Shown: positions 54,141 to 63,356, counted from the first letter of the stretch. The stretch: DNA of 64,000 nucleotides from Bdellovibrionales bacterium (GCA_044378055.1 JBILXY010000002.1:27122-91121); one strand, 5' to 3'. Numbers and translations: made by a program. The notes: generated by a model from the letters alone, not told the origin.

Positions 54141-55895
54141 ATGAATAATTTAGACTTTTCCGCCTTCCTAAATTCCGAAATTAAAACTGATTCGGGCTTT
54201 CAATTTGGTAAAATTCCTGCTTCCAAAACTGCCATCGATTTAGTTTTTATTCACGATCCCAAAACCAAAATAACAATTTATACAGCTGTTAGTGCTAGTC
54301 AGTATCCTTTTCAATCTGTGTTAGCTTTTGCCGGAGCTAGATATTCCCGGGCGGATGGTATTATTTCAATTCTTTCCCAAATTCAAGAAAGCAATACAAA
54401 TGCCGATAAAAAACTTGGAAACATTGTAAATAATTACGGTCATTCAAGTGTGGCTGAAATGGCCAATATTCCTATTTACATTGAAGGTTTAACCAAATTT
54501 CAAAGCGAACGATTGTTTCATTTAAGTGCCATTTATTCTGGCCAAGAAAGATCAAGCCGGTACCAGAAATTAGATGGAATGCAACCAGTTAGCTTAGGCA
54601 AATATTTTAGAGAAGGCGAAACTTTAAATAATGAAAATATGGATGATGAAGGCCTATTTAGCGATGCAGGTCTATTTAACCAAACTACAGAAGACAACTT
54701 TTTGTACACAGAGTTTGAAAATATTCAGAGATTAGCCAAAGCAAATTATTTAGAATTTTTCCAAAAAACCCAAGATTTTTATATTAACCACTTTAGTATC
54801 GATACAAACAGTAAAAAGGAAATGAACACTGTTATAAGCCGAAGCTTAGATACTGCCAGGTATTTTCTACCGCTTGGTGCCATGCATACCACTTCTATGG
54901 CCTTGTTTACCAACGCCCGGGAATGGTCTAGGCTGATAGGGCAATTACAAAGTAAAACAGATTTAGAGGCTATAAATATTGCAGCCATGCTTAAACATCT
55001 TCTTGCTCCAACCGAGGAAATAGCATTGCAGCTGAATTATACCCCTGAAGCTGCGGAATTAATTCGTTATACAAGTGCCGATGAAATTACTGGAGACAAT
55101 CTTCAAACTTTGCAAAATTATTTAGAAACCTTGGAAACTTTTCAGAAATTGGTTGATTCAAACTTTAATGAAATTAAATTTATCAATGCCGAGGCAACTT
55201 TATTCGGAGATAAATTAAGCTCTGGGGGGAAGCTGATTTTGCAGAATATTCTTTGTTTATACCCCACCCTAAATATTGCAAAATTATCTGTTTGGTTGCA
55301 AAGTTTAAGCAAGAACGAAGCAGAAAAGCTTGGTACTATTTGTTTCCAGAATTTTAATCATCACAGACAAATTGGTCAGCCACTTTCAACTAATCAAGTT
55401 AGTTTTGAACTTAAAACCGATTTTGGGGCCATGATGGATTTAAACCGGCACAGAGCTTGGGGCAGATTTAACCCAATTTTTAACTATCTAAACTTTTCAA
55501 CCGACTTGATTAAAAATGGTTTTGTTTTGCCTCTTTATCTAACGGAGATTCCAGAAATGAAAGCAATAAAAGATGAGTTTGAGAAAAGAATGCTTGAATA
55601 TTATAAACAAGTGGAAATATTCTGGAATGATGCTTCGCAAGTTGAAAATTTCCCAAAACAAGCTCTGATTGATTTATTACCCCTAGCCCACAACGCCAAT
55701 ATTTTAATGCACGCTTCAGCCAAGGAAATTGATTATATGACCAAACTTAGGGTAAGGCCAGGAGGACATATAAATTACCGTTTTTTGGTTTACCAAATGC
55801 AGCAAGAAGTAATCAAAGCCGACCCATTCTTCAGACCCCAGGAACTTACAAAACCAGATTCCAACTCCAAAGCAGAATTCATGGATAGAAGTTAG
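54141..55895 (+). CDS. Long ThyX-like (flavin-dependent thymidylate synthase family) protein, apparently a tandem duplication of the ThyX fold.
   Basis: The first half has SERLFHLSAIYSGQERSSRYQ, where S.RY is kept and RHR is degraded to FHL. The second half has MDLNRHRAWGRF, where RHR is kept and no S.RY follows. LRVRPGGHINYRF lies near the C-terminus. Confidence 0.5.
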   Translation: MNNLDFSAFLNSEIKTDSGFQFGKIPASKTAIDLVFIHDPKTKITIYTAVSASQYPFQSVLAFAGARYSRADGIISILSQIQESNTNADKKLGNIVNNYGHSSVAEMANIPIYIEGLTKFQSERLFHLSAIYSGQERSSRYQKLDGMQPVSLGKYFREGETLNNENMDDEGLFSDAGLFNQTTEDNFLYTEFENIQRLAKANYLEFFQKTQDFYINHFSIDTNSKKEMNTVISRSLDTARYFLPLGAMHTTSMALFTNAREWSRLIGQLQSKTDLEAINIAAMLKHLLAPTEEIALQLNYTPEAAELIRYTSADEITGDNLQTLQNYLETLETFQKLVDSNFNEIKFINAEATLFGDKLSSGGKLILQNILCLYPTLNIAKLSVWLQSLSKNEAEKLGTICFQNFNHHRQIGQPLSTNQVSFELKTDFGAMMDLNRHRAWGRFNPIFNYLNFSTDLIKNGFVLPLYLTEIPEMKAIKDEFEKRMLEYYKQVEIFWNDASQVENFPKQALIDLLPLAHNANILMHASAKEIDYMTKLRVRPGGHINYRFLVYQMQQEVIKADPFFRPQELTKPDSNSKAEFMDRS

Positions 55896-55963
55896 AGAAA
55901 GTTCAAACAAAATGATACTTTGATATAAAAACGAGTACAAGTTAAACCTATTGCGAAACTAAA

Positions 55964-56049
55964 AATTCCCCTCTTGAGGCACTGGTACAGTTCGGGTTTC
56001 CCGAACGACATGAGTGTCCGAAGGGTGGCAGTCGCAGACTGACGGGGTG
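55964..56049 (+). repeat. Family B repeat copy interrupted by a ~44-nt nested GC-rich insertion.
   Basis: AATTCCCCTCTTGAGG[CACTGGTACAGTTCGGGTTTCCCGAACGACATGAGTGTCCGAAG]GGTGGCAGTCGCAGACTGACGGGGTG. Hairpin 2 is CAGTC-GCA-GACTG. The insert carries its own hairpin GTTCGGG-TTT-CCCGAAC. Confidence 0.7.
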
Positions 56050-56156
56050 TTTTTCATAATGATAAGCTATCACATTCACTCTAATAAGAAAATTAGCGAG
56101 CTTAACAACAACTCCCCCAATAAAAAATCACCCTCAGTTAAAAGGGTAATTCGCCG

Positions 56157-56540
56157 TTATGTTAATTCTACCATTGAAAGAACTGTGGCTTCAATCTGCA
56201 CATTTTCAGTATCCTGATCAATGTTGCTGTCAAGAATAAAACAAGCATTAAAAAAGAAATTGTCTTTAACAGAAAGGGAATTGGGTGTAACAAGCAAATC
56301 AAACACCACCCTTCTCAGCTGAACTAATCCTTCTGTTGCCTGAATATTAAAAAGTTCTGGAAGAATTAGCTCCCAAAAAGTGTTATCAGGCTCTTCTTCA
56401 TAAAAATTTAAAACTCCAACCAAAGTGTAAATTTGACGAAGCAGGGTAACTAAATAACCTTTTTCAGTATTTTGACTTTGTAGGAACACTTCTATTTCAA
56501 TTATAACTCGTCTATCTTGGGTAAAAACCATGGTTTGCAC
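56157..56540 (-). CDS. Orphan hypothetical protein (127 aa).
   Basis: ORF only, flanked on both sides by repeat islands. Confidence 0.4.
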   Translation of the reverse strand: MQTMVFTQDRRVIIEIEVFLQSQNTEKGYLVTLLRQIYTLVGVLNFYEEEPDNTFWELILPELFNIQATEGLVQLRRVVFDLLVTPNSLSVKDNFFFNACFILDSNIDQDTENVQIEATVLSMVELT

Positions 56541-56606
56541 TCCGCTTCATTACCATTTTATTAATTCACAGAAATTACAGTAAGTCAAAATTTTATCCCC
56601 AAACCA

Positions 56607-56650
56607 CCGTAGGGGCGTAGCTTGCTAGCCCAGGGCCTGACTGCCACTAC
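56607..56650 (+). repeat. GC-rich GTAG-hairpin element, related to the palindromes inside the RAYT ORF.
   Basis: CCGTAGGGGCGTAGCTTGCTAGCCCAGGGCCTGACTGCCACTAC. It shares CGTAGGGG...CTTG...CCC with 39074-39098 and ends in CTAC. Confidence 0.55.
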
Positions 56651-56657
56651 ACATTTT

Positions 56658-56711
56658 GGATCCTGAAACCTTTTTCAGGATGACAGTATCGCGAAGTTCA
56701 GGATGACAGTG
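56658..56711 (-). repeat. Family C hairpin repeat plus an extra half-copy.
   Basis: GGATCCTGAAA-CCTT-TTTCAGGATGACAGT is followed by a second TTCAGGATGACAGTG. This is the reverse complement of CACTGTCATCCTGAA at 7896-7910. Confidence 0.7.
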
Positions 56712-56762
56712 CCGAGAAATTCTAGATTTTAGCGCCTTCATCTTCACGATACCAACAACGCC

Positions 56763-58493
56763 CTACCCCTTCCTCCAAAGCCCGTATCCCCATGGATAAT
56801 CGTCTATTTGGAAACCTAATTTATCTATTTCTTTTCTTAATTCATCACTTTTTTGAAAATCTTTTTCAGCCCTTGCCTTCAATCTTTCTTCGGCTAATTC
56901 TTCAGACTTTTGGTATTTGGAAAGCAATTTGTCTTCCGAAGTTTTATCTATATTAAACAAACCTAAATTCAACAGATTTAAATCAAACTGAGCAACAATA
57001 TCATAAATCCCAGGGTCGATAAATTGCGCTTTGGTAGCTAGGTTAGATAATTCTGAAAGTTTAGCCTGATATTCTTCCAAAAACTTGGCTGTGTCTAAGT
57101 TATTACAAAGTATTTCAAGCCATTCTTTTTTAAGATCCGTAGAGGAAACCGCCTGCTTTCCATGTGAAGTGGATGTTGAGGCGACACTCGGGTCGTCGTT
57201 GGCAGTCAATTCACCTAAACTTGAAATATACGAACTTATTTTAGCCGCGTCTTTTCTTAAATTATATAATCTGTTTTGGGCCTGAGCCATTTTATCCCAA
57301 GTAAAATTCATCTGATCTTGGTAATTGTGTTCAAACATTAACAATTTGTAAGCCAGCGGATCGAAACCTTTTTCAATAATATCCCACATGGTATAGCTAT
57401 TTCCAAGGCTTTTACTCATTTTTCCGCCATCAATTAAAAGGTGTTCAAAATGCACCCAATATTTAGACAAATGAAAACCCAAAGCTTCAGATTGGATTAT
57501 TTCATTCTTATGATGAATGGGAATATGCTCAATTCCCCCGGTGTGTAAATCAATTTCGTATGATGGAGAGATGGCTTTTGAAAATAGCTTATTCGGGTTT
57601 GAAAAACGCTTCTGTCCAATTATTTCGCTGATCATAGCTACACATTCGCTGTGCCAACCTGGGCAACCCCATTTAAAATCTATGGCTGTTGGATAAATAA
57701 GCTTAAAAACTTCGTCAGCTTTCATTTTTGCGAAAATTGCTGGTGGCCTTCCCTGCTCTATTTCTTGATTAAAACTGTCTGAACCAATTCCTAATTCTTC
57801 AGATATTTCCAAGAAAATATTTTTAGGCTGCTGAAAATCTGTAAACCTCCATTTTTGTAGTGAATTTTCATCAACAAATTTCCACAAAGCAAAATCAGCA
57901 GAGTTTTTTAAGTTGTTTACAATATGCCTTCCTGTATAGTTGCTATCGTTTTTAGAGTTTGAATTATCCTGCTCATCTTCCCTGCTATCATAATAAATTC
58001 CATCTTCCAATAAATAGGCTTTTCCGATTTTCAATAATTCCAAAGCTAAGATCATCTGCTCTTGAATGTAATCGGTGGCCATTGGCATCATTTTTCCTGC
58101 CGGCAAATTTAAACCAAGTTTTGAAGCCTGTTGTAAATAATCAGATAAATAAAAATCTATTATTTCTTTCACAGTTTTTCCATCTTTTTTCGCAGCTTTT
58201 TCCACCTTGTCTTCTGAATTAGAAACATTTTGACCATCATCACCATCGGCTACTAAATGCCCTACATCAGTGATATTTAAAACCCAATCAACTTGCCAGC
58301 TTGCCAGTTTAGCCAGTTTTGCAACTGTATCATTAAACCAAGCAGCCCGCATGTTTCCAATGTGCTGGTAACTATAAATTGTAGGGCCGCAAGAATATAA
58401 TTTTAAGGTATTAGGAACAACAGTTTCTTCTGGTTTTATATGAACAAATTCTTTCTTATAACTATCAAAAAGAGTAATAGGCAATGGCTGCAT
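56763..58493 (-). CDS. cysS: Cysteinyl-tRNA synthetase (with insertions).
   Basis: LYSCGPTIYSYQHIGNMR (HIGH-type motif), KMSKSLGN (KMSKS), and WGCPGWHSEC. Confidence 0.85.
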   Translation of the reverse strand: MQPLPITLFDSYKKEFVHIKPEETVVPNTLKLYSCGPTIYSYQHIGNMRAAWFNDTVAKLAKLASWQVDWVLNITDVGHLVADGDDGQNVSNSEDKVEKAAKKDGKTVKEIIDFYLSDYLQQASKLGLNLPAGKMMPMATDYIQEQMILALELLKIGKAYLLEDGIYYDSREDEQDNSNSKNDSNYTGRHIVNNLKNSADFALWKFVDENSLQKWRFTDFQQPKNIFLEISEELGIGSDSFNQEIEQGRPPAIFAKMKADEVFKLIYPTAIDFKWGCPGWHSECVAMISEIIGQKRFSNPNKLFSKAISPSYEIDLHTGGIEHIPIHHKNEIIQSEALGFHLSKYWVHFEHLLIDGGKMSKSLGNSYTMWDIIEKGFDPLAYKLLMFEHNYQDQMNFTWDKMAQAQNRLYNLRKDAAKISSYISSLGELTANDDPSVASTSTSHGKQAVSSTDLKKEWLEILCNNLDTAKFLEEYQAKLSELSNLATKAQFIDPGIYDIVAQFDLNLLNLGLFNIDKTSEDKLLSKYQKSEELAEERLKARAEKDFQKSDELRKEIDKLGFQIDDYPWGYGLWRKG

Positions 58494-58585
58494 ACTTTGA
58501 ACTTACAAATATATTAAGAAATTGGGCAAGAAAAAAATTCAGACGGTATTTTGACATTAAATCCTATGACTCCTTTATTCAAATT

Positions 58586-59929
58586 ATGAACTGGTTAAAA
58601 TTCCAAAAGTGGCAATATATTTTTATTTTTGTATTTTTATTTTTTGTCGCGATAAGTATTGCAGCTTATAACAACAGTCCGGTTTTGTTTTGGGGCTGGG
58701 AAGGTGAATTATATTGGAGGTTTTATACCTATGTATCTCGGGGTGAAATGCCTTTTATTAACTTTTTTATAGAATACCCGCCTTTTGCTGCCTATTTTAT
58801 TGCCATTCCTGCCCTATTTAGCAGAAGCTTCAGCCAATTACAGTTTCTAAGTTTTTTCGCCAGCATTTCAGCAATTTTGGCTTTATCAGCCCCATTTATT
58901 TTCAATTGGACTTTTTCTAAAATTCAAAACGGAAGCGACGCGATTAACAGAGCCTCGGCAACTTTGCTTTCAATTTACCTTTTACTTTTAATTCCAAATT
59001 TCACCTTACTTACCACCAGATACGATGTTTTCCCAGCCTTTTTTAGTTTTCTTGGAATATGTTTATATTTGATTAGTTTAAAGCGAAGTAAATGGATTTG
59101 GTCATTTTCTGCCTATCTTATTCTAGCAATCGCAACCTTCATTAAAATTTATCCTATCTTAATTATTGTTTTGCTTGTTTTACTGGATATTTGGAGAAGA
59201 AAATGGTTGAACATTGGCACAGCTTTAGTAGCCTTGGTTTTAATAAGCTTACCAACCGCCTACTTCGTAATTAATGGACAGCAAAATTTCCAATCTTTCA
59301 TACAATACCAAACTGCTTCTCGTGATTTACAAATTGAAAGTATCTGGGCCAGTGTTGCTTTTGGTTTAGAAAAAATAAACTTAGTCGAGAAGAGCGTAAT
59401 TCAACTACAAAGTGGCTCTATGGAGCTTACAAATGCCTATGCTAAATCATTAGCAAGACAAAATTTACTTATTATTGCCTTCATTCTGGCAATATCCTTT
59501 CTTGCCCTAATATTTAAGCTAAAACCCTGGAAAGATAAAACTAGTTGGAGTTTGAACGAAATTAAACAAATTAAATTTAGAATACCCACACAAGATGAAA
59601 TAATAAGATTAACTGTGATTGGCAGCCTATTTTTAATCACCACTTTCATGCTTTGGAACAAAGTTTTCTCGCCGCAGTATTTATTGTGGGTAATACTTTT
59701 ACTACCCCTGCTTGGGCTGCTTGAATATTCCAGAAAAGAATTGATGAATATTGGAATTGGCTGGTTCTTAATTTCCTTGCTTACCTTGATTATTTATCCT
59801 TTAAGCTATGGGGCCTTAACAGCAACCCAAACCGTCATGGTTATTATTTTAATTTGCAGAAACCTGCTTATTTTAGCCTGGTGGTGGTGGCTAATAAAAG
59901 AATTGATAACCAAACCAACAACAAATTAG
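58586..59929 (+). CDS. GT-C-like integral membrane glycosyltransferase (DUF2029/GT87-like).
   Basis: At least 10 TM segments, with YPPFAAYFIAIP in the first loop region. I placed the start at ATG 58586 (MNWLKF). The 58484 start would overlap the divergent cysS start. Confidence 0.5.
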   Translation: MNWLKFQKWQYIFIFVFLFFVAISIAAYNNSPVLFWGWEGELYWRFYTYVSRGEMPFINFFIEYPPFAAYFIAIPALFSRSFSQLQFLSFFASISAILALSAPFIFNWTFSKIQNGSDAINRASATLLSIYLLLLIPNFTLLTTRYDVFPAFFSFLGICLYLISLKRSKWIWSFSAYLILAIATFIKIYPILIIVLLVLLDIWRRKWLNIGTALVALVLISLPTAYFVINGQQNFQSFIQYQTASRDLQIESIWASVAFGLEKINLVEKSVIQLQSGSMELTNAYAKSLARQNLLIIAFILAISFLALIFKLKPWKDKTSWSLNEIKQIKFRIPTQDEIIRLTVIGSLFLITTFMLWNKVFSPQYLLWVILLLPLLGLLEYSRKELMNIGIGWFLISLLTLIIYPLSYGALTATQTVMVIILICRNLLILAWWWWLIKELITKPTTN

Positions 59930-61119
59930 AGTTGCATTACTTGGTAAAAATCCACATCGCCATCTCTATAAATTAAAATAACCTGGCCACTTAATCTGTC
60001 TAAATAGCCTCCAATAATATTTCTATCATCTCTTGTTGGATCTACATTATATTCTTCCAAAGTTTTTGCGGTTTCAGAATTTAATAAACTTATCTTGGTA
60101 TCTTGACCGGCTGAAAGTATTAAATTGGTGTCATCTATTGGCATAAACATTACCACAGATTTAGTATGGGTGGTTTTAAAATCTTTTAATTTATTAAGAA
60201 ATGCTTGATCCCAAACTTCAACTTGCACCACTTCCCTTTCAAGATTTGTTAGTTTAGATAAATTAACTGGCACTTGTTCTTTTCCCATCTTTAGAATAAA
60301 ATTTTTGTCTTTAAAATGCATAATATCCACCAAAGAACCAGATAAGGTTTTGCTGAATTTTTCTAAACCGCTGGCACTATAAAATAGCAAATCATTAGTG
60401 CCTTTATTGTTAAAAACTATGGTGTCTTTGTCTTCCGTAAAATACATACTTGTAGATTTAGGAATTTCAAACGAGTTTTCAACTTTACCATTTTCAATGT
60501 TCCAAGAAACTACTATTGAGTTTTTGTTATCATTAATATACAAAGCCCATATTTGCTTATTTTCAGGCCAATATTTTATCTTTTGTAAAACATGGTTTAG
60601 TGAAGATTCTAAAAGAGCAGAGCTTTGCAAACTAGTATTTTTAGTTCCAGTTTTAATAGCAGTAGGAATATCTTGTTTCATTTCCAATTTGGCAGCTTCT
60701 TGTTTGTTCATAAACCAATATGTATTTTTTTCAAGATCAAGTGATTTACTTCCCTTCACTAAATCCCAAGCTTGGCTTTGTGCTGGAATAGGATTCCCTT
60801 CCTGATATACATTTAATAACAATTTCAAATAATCATCAGCTTCATAAAAATCTATTGCAGAAGTGTTTGAATTTACATCCAAAGCGGCTTTGTATGAACT
60901 TGCTTCAATAATTTTTAAATAACTTCTTGATGGTGTTGAATTATAGTTGAATAATTCACCTGAAAATGGAAGAAAAATGTTGGAAATATTAATTTTAGAA
61001 CCACCAAATGTGGTATAAATTGCCAAAGATAAAACAACAAAGGCAAATAAAATTATGGCCATCAATAGTTTATTTAATACTGAAGGACTTTCCAAATGTT
61101 TCGGGGTGTTTACTATCAT
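59926..61119 (-). CDS. Hypothetical membrane-anchored extracytoplasmic protein.
   Basis: A single N-terminal TM segment (LLMAIILFAFVVLSLAIYTTF). The rest is unassigned. It is divergent from the heliorhodopsin gene. Confidence 0.5.
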   Translation of the reverse strand: MIVNTPKHLESPSVLNKLLMAIILFAFVVLSLAIYTTFGGSKINISNIFLPFSGELFNYNSTPSRSYLKIIEASSYKAALDVNSNTSAIDFYEADDYLKLLLNVYQEGNPIPAQSQAWDLVKGSKSLDLEKNTYWFMNKQEAAKLEMKQDIPTAIKTGTKNTSLQSSALLESSLNHVLQKIKYWPENKQIWALYINDNKNSIVVSWNIENGKVENSFEIPKSTSMYFTEDKDTIVFNNKGTNDLLFYSASGLEKFSKTLSGSLVDIMHFKDKNFILKMGKEQVPVNLSKLTNLEREVVQVEVWDQAFLNKLKDFKTTHTKSVVMFMPIDDTNLILSAGQDTKISLLNSETAKTLEEYNVDPTRDDRNIIGGYLDRLSGQVILIYRDGDVDFYQVMQL

Positions 61120-61231
61120 TGTTAGATTTTAATAATTTGCAAGATTATAATATTATATTTAGTATTTGTCATCTTCTAATAAATTATTCATAATATCCAC
61201 AATCAAATTAAGAGTGAAATATTTTTCTTAT

Positions 61232-62005
61232 ATGTCCGAAGTTAAATTAAGCAGAAAAAAAATAGAGGATATGAAAATCTTCCAGGTAGGAGTAGGGCTT
61301 ATCTTGCTGATAGAAAGCTTGGTAATTTGGCTATTAAGTTCCACTTTTACCCTACCTGTTACAACCACCTATTTTGAATCTAGCGGTGTTGGTAATTCCT
61401 TAGCACATGTTACCAGAGAAATATTCAGGGTTCAAACCGCCCATATATTGGTAATTTTTCTTTTAGTGCCATCAATTATGCACTTAATCATTGCCCTACC
61501 AGGTGTTTTTCCCAAATACAGACAATTGATTGAAAATAAATTTAATCCACTTCGTTGGTTAGAATATAGTATTACCGCCCCCTTGATGATTGTTTTACTG
61601 GCCATGTTAAGCGGAATATTCGATTTTTCAACCATAATTTTACTTTTCGCCGTTTCAGTAAGTATGTTGCTTTTTGGTGCAAACATGGAGGTAATCAACC
61701 GAAAACTTGAAAAAGTACAATGGTCTTCCTTTATTTTTGGATCTATCTTTGGAATTGTACCTTGGATAATTATTTGGATGCATATTTCAGGAGCAAGAGA
61801 TATTAGTTTAATTCCATATTATACCTTAATTGCCTTCTTCTCTTTACTAGCCTTCTTTGCTTTTTTTCCGCTTAACATGTTTCTTTACTACAAAAAAATT
61901 GGCCCATGGAAAGACTATGAATTTGTAGAAACCTGCTTTGTAATTCTAAGTTTATGCAGTAAATCAGCCTTAGCCTGGCAAGTATTTATTGGTTTAATGG
62001 GGTAG
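61232..62005 (+). CDS. Heliorhodopsin (7-TM retinal protein).
   Basis: FNPLRWLEYSITAPLMIVLLAMLSGIFDFSTIILLFAVSVSMLLFG and VILSLCSKSALAWQVFIG match heliorhodopsin 48C12 (NIFRWVEYSLSSSVMIVLIAQICG..., IVLSLVAKSALAWQIFSG). Both the Schiff-base Lys and the counterion Glu are present. I placed the start at ATG 61232 (MSEVKL). Confidence 0.85.
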   Translation: MSEVKLSRKKIEDMKIFQVGVGLILLIESLVIWLLSSTFTLPVTTTYFESSGVGNSLAHVTREIFRVQTAHILVIFLLVPSIMHLIIALPGVFPKYRQLIENKFNPLRWLEYSITAPLMIVLLAMLSGIFDFSTIILLFAVSVSMLLFGANMEVINRKLEKVQWSSFIFGSIFGIVPWIIIWMHISGARDISLIPYYTLIAFFSLLAFFAFFPLNMFLYYKKIGPWKDYEFVETCFVILSLCSKSALAWQVFIGLMG

Positions 62006-62563
62006 ATCGGCGGTGGGTTTTTTCATGTTGCTTACATCAATGCTGGCGATATATTCTTTAATGGCTGAAGCACCTTTCTTCATTAAAGCCGAAGCTTGTA
62101 ATATTTTTGGTGCACCGTAAACATTTGGTAACAAATTAATAAACTTCCCCCACTCTGCAATATTAGCAGCAAATTCTTTAGCTTTGGCTTTATCTGTTTT
62201 CGTAAAAATAACACTGAAAGGAACCTTGTTTTCCACCAACCAAACTAAAAATTCCTTATCTATTTTAACCGGAGGAATGGAGCTATCTATAAGAACAAAA
62301 AGATGAGTAAACAAATTATCTTCAAAAAATAATTCCAACATAATTTTATCCCAAATCTCGCGTTTTTTACCATCAACTGCAGCATAACCGTAACCAGGCA
62401 TATCTACCAAATCAAATTTTCCGTTTAGTTTAAACAAATCATGTTTCCTGGTTTTTCCAGGATGTTTAGAAGTTTTAGCAACATTTTGACCAAGAATATA
62501 ATTTATCAAACTAGACTTTCCAACATTAGACCGACCAATAAAGGCAATTTTAAACTGTGGCAT
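61994..62563 (-). CDS. engB: Ribosome-biogenesis GTPase YsxC/EngB.
   Basis: IAFIGRSNVGKSSLINYILGQ, DMPGYGYA, and FTKTDK (NKxD-like). Confidence 0.85.
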   Translation of the reverse strand: MPQFKIAFIGRSNVGKSSLINYILGQNVAKTSKHPGKTRKHDLFKLNGKFDLVDMPGYGYAAVDGKKREIWDKIMLELFFEDNLFTHLFVLIDSSIPPVKIDKEFLVWLVENKVPFSVIFTKTDKAKAKEFAANIAEWGKFINLLPNVYGAPKILQASALMKKGASAIKEYIASIDVSNMKKPTADLPH

Positions 62564-62566
62564 GTT

Positions 62567-63121
62567 TTAACCGTGGTGGATTATTTGGTTTAGGGCAAGA
62601 GCTGATAATTTCCTTACGGTATTTATATTTCTAGCAGTAATTTGAGTATACAATTTAGAGCCAATAAACTTTGGCACCATGCCTTGGTCATAGTTTACCC
62701 TTAGTATATTCCAAACCAAAGCCCCCGGCACATAAATTAAATTTTCTTTTTCAGGATCATGCTTTAATTCTTTCAAAACCTCAGGCGAATCAATTTCTGG
62801 TGGTAAAAACATAACATCCGTCTTCATTTCTTCATTATTCAGCCATTCTAAATTGATGGAACTACATATTTCTTCAAGCTTTGAAGTTGATAGCACCAAC
62901 ACTTTAACCTGAATACCAAACACTTCTTTAATTTTGTCTTGAATTATCTCAACTAACTTGTTGGTCGAGGGATTATCACTTTCAAACAAAACATTACCTG
63001 AATTTATATATGTTTTAACAGCATTGAAGCCTAATAGGCCAAAAATTTCAGCCAAAGTCTTCATATCTACTTTATTATTTCCTCCTACATTTATCCCCCT
63101 AATCAGTGCTATATAATACAT
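62567..63121 (-). CDS. DUF1697-family protein.
   Basis: MYYIALIRGINVGGNNKVDMKTLAEIF...TYINSGNVLF is the characteristic DUF1697 N-terminus. Confidence 0.7.
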   Translation of the reverse strand: MYYIALIRGINVGGNNKVDMKTLAEIFGLLGFNAVKTYINSGNVLFESDNPSTNKLVEIIQDKIKEVFGIQVKVLVLSTSKLEEICSSINLEWLNNEEMKTDVMFLPPEIDSPEVLKELKHDPEKENLIYVPGALVWNILRVNYDQGMVPKFIGSKLYTQITARNINTVRKLSALALNQIIHHG

Positions 63122-63216
63122 AAATAATAATATTTACTACGAATTTTTGTTTTTCTTCAACTTACAAGTACCTTTTGCTTAACTTTAGGAGTATTTAAAA
63201 TTTATTAGTTAATCTC

Positions 63217-63258
63217 AATCCACCTCTTGAGGGGTGGCAGGCAAAGCCTGACGGGGTG
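63217..63258 (+). repeat. Two-hairpin GC-rich repeat, family B copy.
   Basis: AATCCACCTCTTGAGGGGTGGCAGGCAAAGCCTGACGGGGTG. Hairpin 2 is CAGGC-AAA-GCCTG. Confidence 0.75.
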
Positions 63259-63314
63259 GGCTTAACTCATAGAATTTTCAGAATTTGAATCGGTGGATTT
63301 AACCCGTGAATTAT

Positions 63315-63356
63315 CCACCTCCCCCACTTCGTGGGTACTCCTCAAAGAGGAGAATT
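63315..63356 (-). repeat. Two-hairpin GC-rich repeat, family B copy in reverse orientation.
   Basis: The minus strand reads AATTCTCCTCTTTGAGGAGTACCCACGAAGTGGGGGAGGTGG. Hairpin 2 is CCCAC-GAA-GTGGG. Confidence 0.7.

Noticed and set aside
56014-56217. 67-aa plus-strand ORF.
   Set aside because: It starts inside the family B repeat at 55964-56049 and runs into the 3' end of the minus-strand orphan gene, so it is a repeat-derived artefact.
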